Source: an uncultured Bacteroidota bacterium (GTDB taxonomy: Bacteria > Bacteroidota > Ignavibacteria > UBA10030 > UBA6906). From it: 64,000 nucleotides of DNA. Below the pieces are notes generated by a model. That model ran no database searches. It was not told the DNA's origin and worked only from the letters and a program-made list of their open reading frames with translations. A program made the position numbers and the translations under genes. Positions 42,191 through 51,577 of the stretch are shown here, one piece after another; the stretch's first letter is position 1; every line of letters begins with the position of its first letter. The stretch is taken from positions 1,824,001 to 1,888,000 of the forward strand of contig CAVOYH010000003.1 of assembly GCA_963700635.1 (NCBI GenBank). Direction: 5' to 3'.

Positions 42191-42977
42191 ATCTCTCCCT
42201 GTTGCAGTGATCACCGGCGCAAGCAGGGGTCTGGGGCGGGGCATCGCCCGAAAACTTGCCGAGCAGGGCTTTTCACTCGTCATCAACTATGCGGGAAACG
42301 CAGAGGCCGCCGCTGAGACGGTTGAGGTGTGCAAGGCGCGACAATCCCATCTTGACCAGCGGTTCGTCGCCTTCCAGGCAGATATGGCGGTACAGGAGGA
42401 TCGTCTTCGTCTCGTCGACCAGACTCTGAGTGGCCTCGGACGCATCGATGTTCTCGTGAACAATGCCGGTATCGGCCCGCACGTCCGTGCGGACGTCACC
42501 GAGACATCACTTGAATCGTTCCAGCACGTGCTCCAGGTCAACCTGGAAGGCCCGTTTTTCCTCACACAGGCGGTCGTCCGATACTGGCTCGAACAACGTC
42601 CCGATCCTGTCCTGCCGCATGGATTCAGCATCGTCAATATTTCCTCTGTTTCGGCCGATACCGCGTCGCTCAACAGGGGGGAGTATTGTATTTCCAAAGC
42701 CGGACTCTCAATGGTGACACAGCTCTGGGCCGTCCGCCTTGCGTCACACCGGATCCATGTCTATGAACTTCGACCCGGCATTATGGCGACAGACATGACT
42801 GCAGGTGTGAAAGAAAAGTACGACAGGATGCTCGGCGAGGGACTTGTGCCGCAGAACCGGTGGGGTCAACCGGACGATGTCGGCAGAGCAGTGGGTGCGC
42901 TCGTGCGGGGAGACTTCGCGTACTCGACGGGAGGAGTCATCCACCTCGACGGCGGCATGCATCTCAGGAGACTCTAG
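42183..42977 (+). CDS. SDR oxidoreductase (sugar-acid related type, usually annotated 3-ketoacyl-ACP reductase)
   Basis: TGASRGLG, NNAG, SSVS, YCISK, RPGIMATDMT. Confidence 0.9.
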   Translation: MAESLPVAVITGASRGLGRGIARKLAEQGFSLVINYAGNAEAAAETVEVCKARQSHLDQRFVAFQADMAVQEDRLRLVDQTLSGLGRIDVLVNNAGIGPHVRADVTETSLESFQHVLQVNLEGPFFLTQAVVRYWLEQRPDPVLPHGFSIVNISSVSADTASLNRGEYCISKAGLSMVTQLWAVRLASHRIHVYELRPGIMATDMTAGVKEKYDRMLGEGLVPQNRWGQPDDVGRAVGALVRGDFAYSTGGVIHLDGGMHLRRL

Positions 42978-43044
42978 GGTATCCGATGGTCCCCTGATGG
43001 CGACCGGGGCACAATCAACTTCTCATTCTTAACACAACATCCCC

Positions 43045-44418
43045 ATGATGCATATCCATACTGATCTGACACCTGCCGCACTTCAACCACAGCTACTCCG
43101 CCTGTTCGACCTCTCTGCGCGGAAACTCAGGCTCCTGCACGATTCCTGGGACCCGGCGCACGGGACGCCGGTGTTCACGGTCGCCGGACGCTATACGTCG
43201 CGGGGCTGGACCGAATGGACCCAAGGTTTCCAATTCGGATCAGGCATCCTCCAGTACGATGCCACGGACGAACCGGTGTTTCTGGAGATCGGAAGGAAGG
43301 CGACGGTCTCGCTGATGGCCACACACGTCAGTCATGTCGGTGTCCACGACCATGGCTTCAACAATATCAGCACATACGGCAATCTCCGGCGACTCATGCT
43401 GGAAGGCCGCCTTCCGATGAACGACTGGGAACGCACCTTCTATGAGCTCGCCCTCAAGGTGAGCGGAGCTGTCCAGGCGGCACGGTGGACTGACCTGGGC
43501 GGGGGGGCCGGATACATCTATTCGTTCAACGGTCCGCACTCCCTGTTTGCGGATACGGTTCGTTCGCTCCGGGTTCTGGCTGTCGCCCACCAGCTCGGCC
43601 ACGTGCTGATGGGAGAAAAGGATAGGAAGATCTCGCTCCTGGAACGGCTCCTTGCACACGGGGCAGCAACCTCGACATACAATGTGTATTTCGGCGAGGG
43701 GCGGGACATCTATGACATCCGGGGACGTGTCGCACACGAATCCATTTTCAATCTGAATGACGGCTCGTATCGCTGCCCGAGTTCCCAGCAGGGATATGCG
43801 CCGTTCACAACATGGACACGCGGGCAGGCCTGGATTCTGTGCGGGTTCGCAGAACAACTTGAGTTTCTTTCGACGCTTCAGGATACGGCATTCCCGGCCG
43901 ATCGTCCGAAAGACGCCGTCCTGGAGCTTTTCGAACGAACGGCGGAAGCAGTAGCCGACTTCTACATTGAGCAAACGCCCATCGATGGCATCCCGTACTG
44001 GGATACCGGGGCACCGGGGTTGGCCCGGATGGGGGACTACCGTGCGCAGCCTGCCGATCCGTTCAACGACTTCGAACCGGTCGACAGTTCCGCGGCGGTC
44101 ATTGCAGCCCAGGGACTCCTGCGCTTCGGGGGGTATCTCCAGCAGAAAGGGTCATCGAAAGAGGGAACACGGTATTTCCAGGCGGGTCTGACGGTGGCGA
44201 AGAATCTTTTTGCTGAGCCCTATCTGTCTCTCCAGGATGATCACCAGGGGCTCCTACTCCACTCCGTGTATCATCGTCCGAACGGTTGGGACCACGTGCC
44301 GCCGGGGAGGAAGATCCCGTGTGGCGAGGCAACCATGTGGGGGGACTATCATGCGCGTGAGCTCGCCCTGCTGCTGCTGCGGATGGGATCAGGCAAACCG
44401 TACCTGACGTTCTTCTGA
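43045..44418 (+). CDS. GH88-like unsaturated glycuronyl hydrolase
   Basis: EWTQGF, HDHGF, QQGY, WTRGQAW, PYWD, DSSAAVI, WGDY. Confidence 0.8.
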   Translation: MMHIHTDLTPAALQPQLLRLFDLSARKLRLLHDSWDPAHGTPVFTVAGRYTSRGWTEWTQGFQFGSGILQYDATDEPVFLEIGRKATVSLMATHVSHVGVHDHGFNNISTYGNLRRLMLEGRLPMNDWERTFYELALKVSGAVQAARWTDLGGGAGYIYSFNGPHSLFADTVRSLRVLAVAHQLGHVLMGEKDRKISLLERLLAHGAATSTYNVYFGEGRDIYDIRGRVAHESIFNLNDGSYRCPSSQQGYAPFTTWTRGQAWILCGFAEQLEFLSTLQDTAFPADRPKDAVLELFERTAEAVADFYIEQTPIDGIPYWDTGAPGLARMGDYRAQPADPFNDFEPVDSSAAVIAAQGLLRFGGYLQQKGSSKEGTRYFQAGLTVAKNLFAEPYLSLQDDHQGLLLHSVYHRPNGWDHVPPGRKIPCGEATMWGDYHARELALLLLRMGSGKPYLTFF

Positions 44419-44426
44419 GCACGCGT

Positions 44427-45410
44427 TCAGCTATTCACGGCACGGAAGAACGCTTCGAGATTCGCCATCGGAGCCGCTGCAGGAATGTCGCATCCCGACG
44501 AGACGACGAAATTCCGATACTGTTGTGTTTCCTGAAGAAGTGATGTGGTGCGGGCCCCGACTTCGGCCGCACTGCAGCCGACGAACACTTCGGAAGGATC
44601 GAGGTTGCCACAGAGGATCACGTCGCCCGGGACCTTTGCAAGACCCGCGACGATGTCCATCGGTTTCCCGAAGTGAACGATACGCGCCCCCGCCTCCAGT
44701 GATGCCTCCAGATGTCCAATCCGCGCCCCGCAGTTGTGCAGGATAATGCGGAAGGAATCGTCATCCAGAGCATCCACGATTCTGTGTATGTACGGGGATG
44801 AGAACGCCCTGACCGCATTGGGAGACATGAGTCCTGCTGTGGGCTCTGCAATGATAACCCCGTCCGCTCCCTGCTCCTTGAAGGCGCGCGCGTATGCCAA
44901 CAGATACGGTGTTGTTTTCTCGAGAAGAGCATGTATGACATCGGGATCGCCCGCCGTTTCGGCGAGGGACTCGCTGACGCCGAACAGGCGCCCTGCCAGC
45001 GAAAATGGACCGATCATGCCGGCCAGGACGCCGGCATCCGGACATGCCTGCCGGAGTTGCCGGACGGTTTCGATGTAGACAGCGCTGCGTGCCGTGCCGA
45101 CGCCGGGGACCGGCAGCGACTGGATCCCCGCCATGTCCGCCACCAGCCTTCCAATCACAGTGGGTACTTCCCAATCAGCAATCTGGATCGTTGCGCCGAA
45201 CTCCTCCGCTTCAACGCTGAGGTCCATTGCGGACATGACGAATGGCATCCCAAATCGCTCGCGCAGTTTCAGCTGAGCGCGGACCTGGTGTTCGGCGTTG
45301 GAGACCATGGCGCGGACCGTGGTTCTGGCAAGAGAAGCCCCGGGAAACGTCAACACCGGCATCGCGAGCCGCCGGGTGGAAGCACGTATAGTTGTGGTGA
45401 GAGCATTCAT
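44427..45410 (-). CDS. URO-D/MtaA family methyltransferase (MT2-like)
   Basis: DLSVEAEEFGA, GPFSLA, AEP, ILHNCG, GNLDP, SSGCDIP (H-x-C...C zinc motif of MtaA/MtbA). Confidence 0.9.
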   Translation of the reverse strand: MNALTTTIRASTRRLAMPVLTFPGASLARTTVRAMVSNAEHQVRAQLKLRERFGMPFVMSAMDLSVEAEEFGATIQIADWEVPTVIGRLVADMAGIQSLPVPGVGTARSAVYIETVRQLRQACPDAGVLAGMIGPFSLAGRLFGVSESLAETAGDPDVIHALLEKTTPYLLAYARAFKEQGADGVIIAEPTAGLMSPNAVRAFSSPYIHRIVDALDDDSFRIILHNCGARIGHLEASLEAGARIVHFGKPMDIVAGLAKVPGDVILCGNLDPSEVFVGCSAAEVGARTTSLLQETQQYRNFVVSSGCDIPAAAPMANLEAFFRAVNS

Positions 45411-45426
45411 CCTGGTGTATCCTGAC

Positions 45427-46968
45427 CTATCCGTCGGTTGATTCGCTGTCTGCCTCTGGTGCTTCTGCTGGAAAGACCATCTCTTCTACGTACGTGTCCT
45501 GGAACCCCTCAAGTTCGCCGAGAGAAACATGCGTGATCCGGCTGGCGAGTGCATCAAACGCACCAGGCGGCAGAAAGAGACCCATTTTTGCGCCGCGGAG
45601 GGCGGTGTTCCCGGTGGGTTCAATCTTGCCGACAGGGAAGGGGAGCAGGCCAATTCTCCGGGCGCTGCTGATGTTGATATAGTTTCCGAACGCGCCGGCG
45701 AGAAGGACCGTGTGTACATCTTCGCCTGGTATGCCGAACTCCCGCAGCAAAAGGTGGATTCCTGATGCCACCGCCCCTTTTGCGAGCTGAAGCTCGCGGA
45801 TGTCCGTCTGGGAGATTCGGACAGGGTAGCAGAGTTCGAGCTTGTGACTCTTGTCGCTCAGCCGCCCGCTGGGTTGAATGAGGCCGAGATCCAGCGCGCC
45901 CGCCACAGCATCAACGAGGCCGCTTCCACAGATGCCTCGTGGGGGGACATCGCCGAGCACGTGGCAGACCAGCGCGCCCTCGTGGACGTCGACCGACGCG
46001 ACTGCGCCTGTCGAAGCGCGCATGCCCATATAGATCCGCGCTCCCTCGAATGCAGGCCCCGCGGCGGTGGATGCGCACAGCAGGCGTTCCCGGTTTCCAA
46101 CGACGATCTCCCCGTTGGTCCCCAGATCGACAAGCACCGTGGGGAGTTCACTCTCGTGCATATGCGTCGCGAGAATGCCGGCCAGAACATCGCTTCCAAC
46201 GAAACCGCCAATGTTCGGAAGAAACCGTACTGCAGGGCCTCCCGGCACCTCCCAGCCGAGCTCCGACCCGGTAAAGCTCCGACTGCCGAGCTCATGAGAT
46301 TCAAACGGGACGTGCGACAACGGTGTGACGTCAATGTCGCAGAAGAGATGATGCATGACGGTGTTGCCGACGAGGATAATTTCGGCCACCGGGCGGGGCT
46401 CCGGTCCCGACGCTTCGAGGAGGGCGTCGACCATTTTGCCGATCTGCTTCCGCACGGCGGTGGCGAGTCTGGTCCGTACTGTGGGATCAGTGCCTACGCC
46501 CACGCGGCTCATGATATCCGCTCCAAATCTGGCTTGTGCATTCAGTGCGGTGCGGACAGCCAGAACCTCCCCGTTCTGAAGGTCGAGGAGCTGTGCGACA
46601 ATTGTTGTCGACCCCACGTCGATGGCGATTCCTGTTCCGGACCGGGGTGTGAACACAAAATTCGCAGTATCGGCCAGAATCTGGGCTTCCCAGTGGGCCA
46701 TTTCGAGGGTGAGGTCCCCATCGGCCCGGCACTGGCAGCTCAATCGCCACCCGGCCTCGAGCTCCTCTGTGCTCAGCATCTTCTCCTGGGCGGGCGTGAC
46801 CGGCAGTGACCCCTCGAGGACCCGGACACGGCACCCTTTGCACCTGCCATGGCCACCGCAGGGAAATTCCACACCGTGGGAAAAAAGGAGGTCCTGCAAT
46901 CGTGCGCCTGGCGGAGCTTCGATATCCGTGCCCAATGGGCGAAGGCGTATCCTGATTGTGTCACTCAT
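45427..46968 (-). CDS. ATP-dependent corrinoid reductive activator (RACo/RamA-like, 2Fe-2S plus ASKHA, DUF4445)
   Basis: CGGHGRCKGC...RLSC, DVGSTT, GGFVGSD, DLGTNGE, AAGPAFEG, GICGSG, ELQLAKGA, LAGAFG. Confidence 0.92.
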   Translation of the reverse strand: MSDTIRIRLRPLGTDIEAPPGARLQDLLFSHGVEFPCGGHGRCKGCRVRVLEGSLPVTPAQEKMLSTEELEAGWRLSCQCRADGDLTLEMAHWEAQILADTANFVFTPRSGTGIAIDVGSTTIVAQLLDLQNGEVLAVRTALNAQARFGADIMSRVGVGTDPTVRTRLATAVRKQIGKMVDALLEASGPEPRPVAEIILVGNTVMHHLFCDIDVTPLSHVPFESHELGSRSFTGSELGWEVPGGPAVRFLPNIGGFVGSDVLAGILATHMHESELPTVLVDLGTNGEIVVGNRERLLCASTAAGPAFEGARIYMGMRASTGAVASVDVHEGALVCHVLGDVPPRGICGSGLVDAVAGALDLGLIQPSGRLSDKSHKLELCYPVRISQTDIRELQLAKGAVASGIHLLLREFGIPGEDVHTVLLAGAFGNYINISSARRIGLLPFPVGKIEPTGNTALRGAKMGLFLPPGAFDALASRITHVSLGELEGFQDTYVEEMVFPAEAPEADSESTDG

Positions 46969-47714
46969 GGCGTATTGGGTTGTGCGGCAATGATGCGATC
47001 ATCGTATGTGCTTACGACGGTGTGGCCCGGAGGAACAACCAGAAAGTCCTCATCGTCCCACGGCCCATTGACCAGACGTTCCAGGAGACTCAGACTGCCC
47101 GGTATGGCATCGAATGACCACCCATGTTCGGCGGCCCGCTCCCGCGCAACCTGTTCGAACTGGTTGCCTGGTTCAACCCCCATCCCGATGTAGGTGATCT
47201 GTTTGTAGTGCTTCGTCTGATCGCAGAGCGTGTCGTAGAGGTAGCGTGCGTTTTCTTCGCCGTATTTTTCTACGAGCTGTTCGAAGGTCATATCCATACT
47301 GTTCTTGTTCTGGATGGAGAGCTGGCGGAGTTCTCCGCTCGGGTCTCCCCGTTCGATCCAGCCGGATGTCAGGAAATACGTGCCGGGGTTATCCTGGAAG
47401 TACTGCAGGTACCGTTTGCGGCTTCCCATGAAGAGGGTCATGCAGTCGTGGCCGCGGGGGATTACAAGGGGGAGGGTCCGTGTGCGGAGGCCGGCGATAC
47501 CGTTGTTGCACAGGGCATATCCCAGGAGGAGCGCATCATATCCCGGGGTGTCGGCGGCATCGACGGCCACCTGGAGCCGTTCGACCATGCCGGCGGACCC
47601 GATGTCGTGCAGACCCTTCGGGAGAAATGCAAAATCCACCTGGTGAGGCGAACGGGCGATAAGGGAGCAAAGTTCGCGGTAGAGGACTTCGCAGGATACG
47701 AGCTTCAGCTTCAT
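46965..47714 (-). CDS. DUF1638 family protein
   Basis: VSCEVL, GLH, LGYALCNNG, PRGHDCMTLFMG, GTYFLTSGW; family typically found next to corrinoid genes. Confidence 0.85.
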   Translation of the reverse strand: MKLKLVSCEVLYRELCSLIARSPHQVDFAFLPKGLHDIGSAGMVERLQVAVDAADTPGYDALLLGYALCNNGIAGLRTRTLPLVIPRGHDCMTLFMGSRKRYLQYFQDNPGTYFLTSGWIERGDPSGELRQLSIQNKNSMDMTFEQLVEKYGEENARYLYDTLCDQTKHYKQITYIGMGVEPGNQFEQVARERAAEHGWSFDAIPGSLSLLERLVNGPWDDEDFLVVPPGHTVVSTYDDRIIAAQPNTP

Positions 47715-48580
47715 CCGATCGTTCGGATCAATGCTGAAACAAACTCAGGAGAGGTGCCACAACAGCCGCCCACAAAGGCGACTCCGGCTTGCCGTAATCC
47801 TCCGGCCAACGTCGCAAACTCGTCGGCAGTCGTCCGGTACACGATCTCCCCGTTGACCAGCTCGGGCAGGCCGGCGTTGGGTTTGATCCAGACAGGGAGT
47901 GATGTTGCTGCGCGAAGGCGGCGGGCGATGGGGATGTAGCCCTCCATGCCGAGGCCACAATTGGCGCCGATGACATCAGCGCCTGCTTCTGCCAGGGCTT
48001 CTGCGACCTGCTCCGGAGTGGAACCCATCATGGTCCGGTCCTTCTCTTTGCCCGAATCAAAGACCATGGAAGCGACAACGGGAAGTCCCGTACTCCGCGC
48101 GGCTGCGACGGCAAGCAGGGCCTCCCCGAGGTCCGACATTGTTTCGACCACCAGCGCGTCAGGACCGGCGGAGGCGAGGGCGGCGGCTTGTTCGGTGAAA
48201 GCCGTCGTCAGGTCTTCCTCCGTGACATCGCCGCTCATCAGCATCTTTCCGCTCGGACCGATGGATGCGAAGACCATGGCGTTTGTACCGGCAGCAGCGC
48301 GGGAAAGCCTGACGCCGGAGGCATTGAGGTCCACAACCCTGTCCGCCAGACCGTGCCCGATGAGAGCAATCCGATTACTGCGGAACGTGTTTGTGAGAAT
48401 GACCCGGCTGCCGGCATTGACATACCGCCGGGCAACCTCTGTGACCAGGTCAGGATGAGTCAGGTTCCAGCCGTCCGGACATTCGCCCGGGGGAAGGCCG
48501 AGGGCCTGGAGCTGAGTCCCCCATGCGCCATCAGTGATGACGGGAGTCGTTGTGAGAAGACGCTGAAGAGTTGGATGCAT
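47711..48580 (-). CDS. Stand-alone homocysteine S-methyltransferase domain
   Basis: DGAWGT, TNTF, SIGPSG, VETMSD, GANC, PNAGLP, VGGCCGT (three zinc-binding Cys). Confidence 0.93.
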   Translation of the reverse strand: MHPTLQRLLTTTPVITDGAWGTQLQALGLPPGECPDGWNLTHPDLVTEVARRYVNAGSRVILTNTFRSNRIALIGHGLADRVVDLNASGVRLSRAAAGTNAMVFASIGPSGKMLMSGDVTEEDLTTAFTEQAAALASAGPDALVVETMSDLGEALLAVAAARSTGLPVVASMVFDSGKEKDRTMMGSTPEQVAEALAEAGADVIGANCGLGMEGYIPIARRLRAATSLPVWIKPNAGLPELVNGEIVYRTTADEFATLAGGLRQAGVAFVGGCCGTSPEFVSALIRTIG

Positions 48581-48595
48581 TGTGCCCCGATTTAT

Positions 48596-49231
48596 CTAGC
48601 CGGCGACCAGTTTTCGTGCGAGGGCAACGGCTCCGTTCGCATTCGTGCTGTAGCCGTCCGCGCCGATCTCTTCGGCGTATTTCTCTGTCACGGGCGCCCC
48701 CCCGATCATGATCTTCACGCGCGGGCGGACGCCGGCGGCCTTCACCGCTTCAATCGTCGTCTTCATCGAGTTCATGGTGGTTGTGAGAAGGGCCGACATG
48801 GCCATGAGGCCCGCTTGCTTCTCATTCAGCGCAGCGATGAACTTCTCCGGCGAGACATCCACGCCGAGATCAATCACTTCAAAGCCCGCGCCTTCCAGCA
48901 TTGCCCCCACAAGGTTTTTCCCGATGTCGTGGAGATCGCCTTTCACCGTGCCGATGACGACACGACCGGCCGGCTGGGCTCCACTGGCGGTCAAAAGGGG
49001 TCGAATGAGTTCGAGCGAGGCCTTCATTGCCCGGGCCGAGATCAGGAGTTCCGGCACAAAGTATTCATTTGCTTCGTAGCGGCGCCCGACTTCATCCATG
49101 GCGGGAATCATGTGCTCCTGGACCATGACCTGAGGGTCCATGCCCGCTGCAAGCGCCTGCTGTGTGATTTCCCTGGCGGACTTGAAATTCCCGGTCAGGA
49201 TCGCATCATACAGTTTCTTGAGTTCTTCCAT
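48596..49231 (-). CDS. Corrinoid (B12-binding) methyltransferase protein
   Basis: Cap domain FVPELL; GDLHDIGKNLV (DxHxxG), DLGVDV, SALLTTTM, IGGAP. Confidence 0.95.
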   Translation of the reverse strand: MEELKKLYDAILTGNFKSAREITQQALAAGMDPQVMVQEHMIPAMDEVGRRYEANEYFVPELLISARAMKASLELIRPLLTASGAQPAGRVVIGTVKGDLHDIGKNLVGAMLEGAGFEVIDLGVDVSPEKFIAALNEKQAGLMAMSALLTTTMNSMKTTIEAVKAAGVRPRVKIMIGGAPVTEKYAEEIGADGYSTNANGAVALARKLVAG

Positions 49232-49266
49232 TGATTGTCTCTCCTCTCAGAGGTAGTACAGGGTTG

Positions 49267-50316
49267 TTATTGCCGTCCATTTTCGTAAATCGTGTCATAG
49301 AGCGCAAGAATATTCGCCGTCGGTGTTACAGGCTGCAGGTTATGGCAAGGCGCGCAGATCCACCGTGCGCCGGAGAAGATACGGATATTATCCAGTACTT
49401 CCGACCGGACTTCCTCCGGCGATCCGAACGGGAGCGTGTACTGATTGTCGACCGCTCCATGGAAGATGACTTTTTCGCCGAAATCGCGGACGAGCCCTTC
49501 CCGTTCCATTCCCGGGCATCGCCACTGGATGGGATTGAGGAGCTCAATTCCAGTGGTGTTGATAAGGTCGGGGATGATCTCGCGGGCGGCGCCATCCGTG
49601 TGATAGAAGATGTGAATGCCGTAGCGCCGCGCGAGGTCCGCCATCTTCTTCTGGCGTGGGAGAATGAACTTGCGGATCTCGGGAACCCCGAACAGCAGGG
49701 CGGTCTGACCGCCGAGGTCTTCGGCGACGTAGGTGACGTCGATACGCCCTTTCCCGATGTCGAAGGCCTTCTCATTGACAGTGTAGTGATACCGGAAAAT
49801 GTACTCCAGGGCCGTGTCCACAAATTCCTGGTCGACGAGGAGATCCATCATTGCGAGCTCCATACCCCGGAGAGCGCAATACAGGAGGAACGGCTCGAAT
49901 TCTCCCGAACGTACAGCCCGGTGTGCCGGAGCAGCGGCAATATCGGACCGGAACCGGTCAAAATCGTGGTCGGCAGGGTCCGGCCATGCGTACGCATGCA
50001 GCTCATCCACTGATGTCATCTCGGCAAAAGGATGATTTGCGAACTCATCGTACACACCCTCTCCATAATCAATCGATGTGCGCCGGAGGCCCCAGATATC
50101 CGCTTCGGGATCGCCAGGGTGGTGGTCGACCGTCCGTACAGGATTGATGTGCACGAGCCCATCGATGTGGAGGCGCGTGTACAACGTTTCCTTGTCGGCA
50201 CACTGCAACTCCCGCAACAGGCGGGCCGTTACTTCGTCCGTTGCCCAGTAGTCAGTGGGAATACGATCAGATTTCTTGCCTGTAAACAGGGCCAGCCAGC
50301 GTTCCCGAGGAGTCAT
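49267..50316 (-). CDS. URO-D/MtaA family protein
   Basis: MTPRER, LRGME, AEDLGGQ, FYHTDG, LNPIQ, FHGAVDNQ, APCHNLQ. Confidence 0.9.
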   Translation of the reverse strand: MTPRERWLALFTGKKSDRIPTDYWATDEVTARLLRELQCADKETLYTRLHIDGLVHINPVRTVDHHPGDPEADIWGLRRTSIDYGEGVYDEFANHPFAEMTSVDELHAYAWPDPADHDFDRFRSDIAAAPAHRAVRSGEFEPFLLYCALRGMELAMMDLLVDQEFVDTALEYIFRYHYTVNEKAFDIGKGRIDVTYVAEDLGGQTALLFGVPEIRKFILPRQKKMADLARRYGIHIFYHTDGAAREIIPDLINTTGIELLNPIQWRCPGMEREGLVRDFGEKVIFHGAVDNQYTLPFGSPEEVRSEVLDNIRIFSGARWICAPCHNLQPVTPTANILALYDTIYENGRQ

Positions 50317-50409
50317 GAAAAGTAAAATGCACCATTATTGTGAGAGAATCAACACTTTTTCAGGGGCATTTCATTTGTAAATCGGCGTTTCATTTGCTAT
50401 TTTTCGTCT
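50317..50409. promoter_or_regulatory. AT-rich divergent promoter pair, both transcripts probably leaderless
   Basis: + strand TTGTAA(50375)-17-TATTTT(50398)-6 nt-ATG; - strand TTGATT(50352)-17-CATTTT(50329)-7 nt-ATG; no Shine-Dalgarno on either side. Confidence 0.6.
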
Positions 50410-51540
50410 ATGATTACGCCCCGAGAGCGCGTCCTGGCTGCAATGAACGGAGGGATTCCGGACAAAGTGCCGTTTATGTGCCAGCTCAGCATCGGCCATA
50501 TGCTGCTCGCGCTCGATGAGTCGCCTGCGGGGTTCTGGCACGATCCGGACACGTACGCCGAAGGCCTTGTCCGTTTGCGCGCACTGTACGGTTTTGACGG
50601 TATCCTGGTGAGCCTTCATGGCCATGATCCGGACTGGCGCACGCGGGTGAAAAAGTTCTGGATTACAGAGGAGGGGGAAGAGGTGCTCTGGGCCAACGGC
50701 GATCGCACCATCTACCCCCTGAATGAGCTCCCCCGACACCAGCCCGCGCAGGACCCCGCCGCCCCGTTGCTGGAAGAGTACCCGCTGGACACTCTTCCCG
50801 ATCGACTTGACTACATCCCCGTTTCCCGGGGACTCCACTTTGCCCTCCACCTCGACCACCTATTCGACGTGTTCCAGGACCTCCGGGTCAGGACAGATGG
50901 CCGGTACTCGATTCACGGCGAAGTGACCTCTCCGCTCGACTACTACCTCGATATTTTCGGCATCGACGCCGGACTCATGGGGATGATTGACGATCCGGAA
51001 AAAGTCGAGCAGATACTGCTGCATTTTGCCAGGCTTGTGGGGGACCTGGCAGGGCGAATGTGCGGAACGGGTGTTGACGCGATCAAAGTCTCCTCGCCCT
51101 TCGCCGGGGCAGGATTCCTGTCGCAGGACTTCTATCGCCGGTTCGTTCTCCCGGCTGAAACCGTGGTTGTGAGCGCCATCCGCTCTCACGGTGTCCACGC
51201 CTATCTCCACACTTGCGGCGCGATCGGCGACAGGCTGGAGCTGATGTTTGCTTCCGGGGCGTCGGGGATCGAATGTCTGGATCCGCCTCCTCTCGGCAAT
51301 GTGGAACTCCGGGAGGCGAAGACGCGTACCCGGCATCTCGGCTTCATCAAAGGCAATCTCGATTCGGTCAATACTCTCCTCAATGGATCGCCTGAGCACA
51401 TTGTCGCTGATGCGCAGGAACGCCTTGCCATTGGCAGGGAAGGGGGAGGATTTATCCTGAGTACCGCGTGTTCGGTTGCACCGGGCGTGAAACCGGAGAG
51501 CCTTCTTCTTGTCCGGGACGTTGTGGAACGGTGCGGATAG
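50410..51540 (+). CDS. URO-D/MtaA family protein
   Basis: MITPRER, YLHTCG, ECLDP, KGNLD, GFILSTACSV. Confidence 0.9.
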   Translation: MITPRERVLAAMNGGIPDKVPFMCQLSIGHMLLALDESPAGFWHDPDTYAEGLVRLRALYGFDGILVSLHGHDPDWRTRVKKFWITEEGEEVLWANGDRTIYPLNELPRHQPAQDPAAPLLEEYPLDTLPDRLDYIPVSRGLHFALHLDHLFDVFQDLRVRTDGRYSIHGEVTSPLDYYLDIFGIDAGLMGMIDDPEKVEQILLHFARLVGDLAGRMCGTGVDAIKVSSPFAGAGFLSQDFYRRFVLPAETVVVSAIRSHGVHAYLHTCGAIGDRLELMFASGASGIECLDPPPLGNVELREAKTRTRHLGFIKGNLDSVNTLLNGSPEHIVADAQERLAIGREGGGFILSTACSVAPGVKPESLLLVRDVVERCG

Positions 51541-51577
51541 CTCCGCGATGGAGTTCGCACGTGAAAGGATTCTCTGT

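Noticed and set aside
42183-42977. fabG call for the SDR
   Set aside because: No fatty-acid synthesis genes nearby; context is GH88-like hydrolase and sugar transport.
44427-51540. Heme biosynthesis (hemE) or methanogenesis assignment for the URO-D/MtaA proteins
   Set aside because: No tetrapyrrole or CoM pathway genes nearby; zinc-type HxC motifs and bacterial corrinoid context instead.
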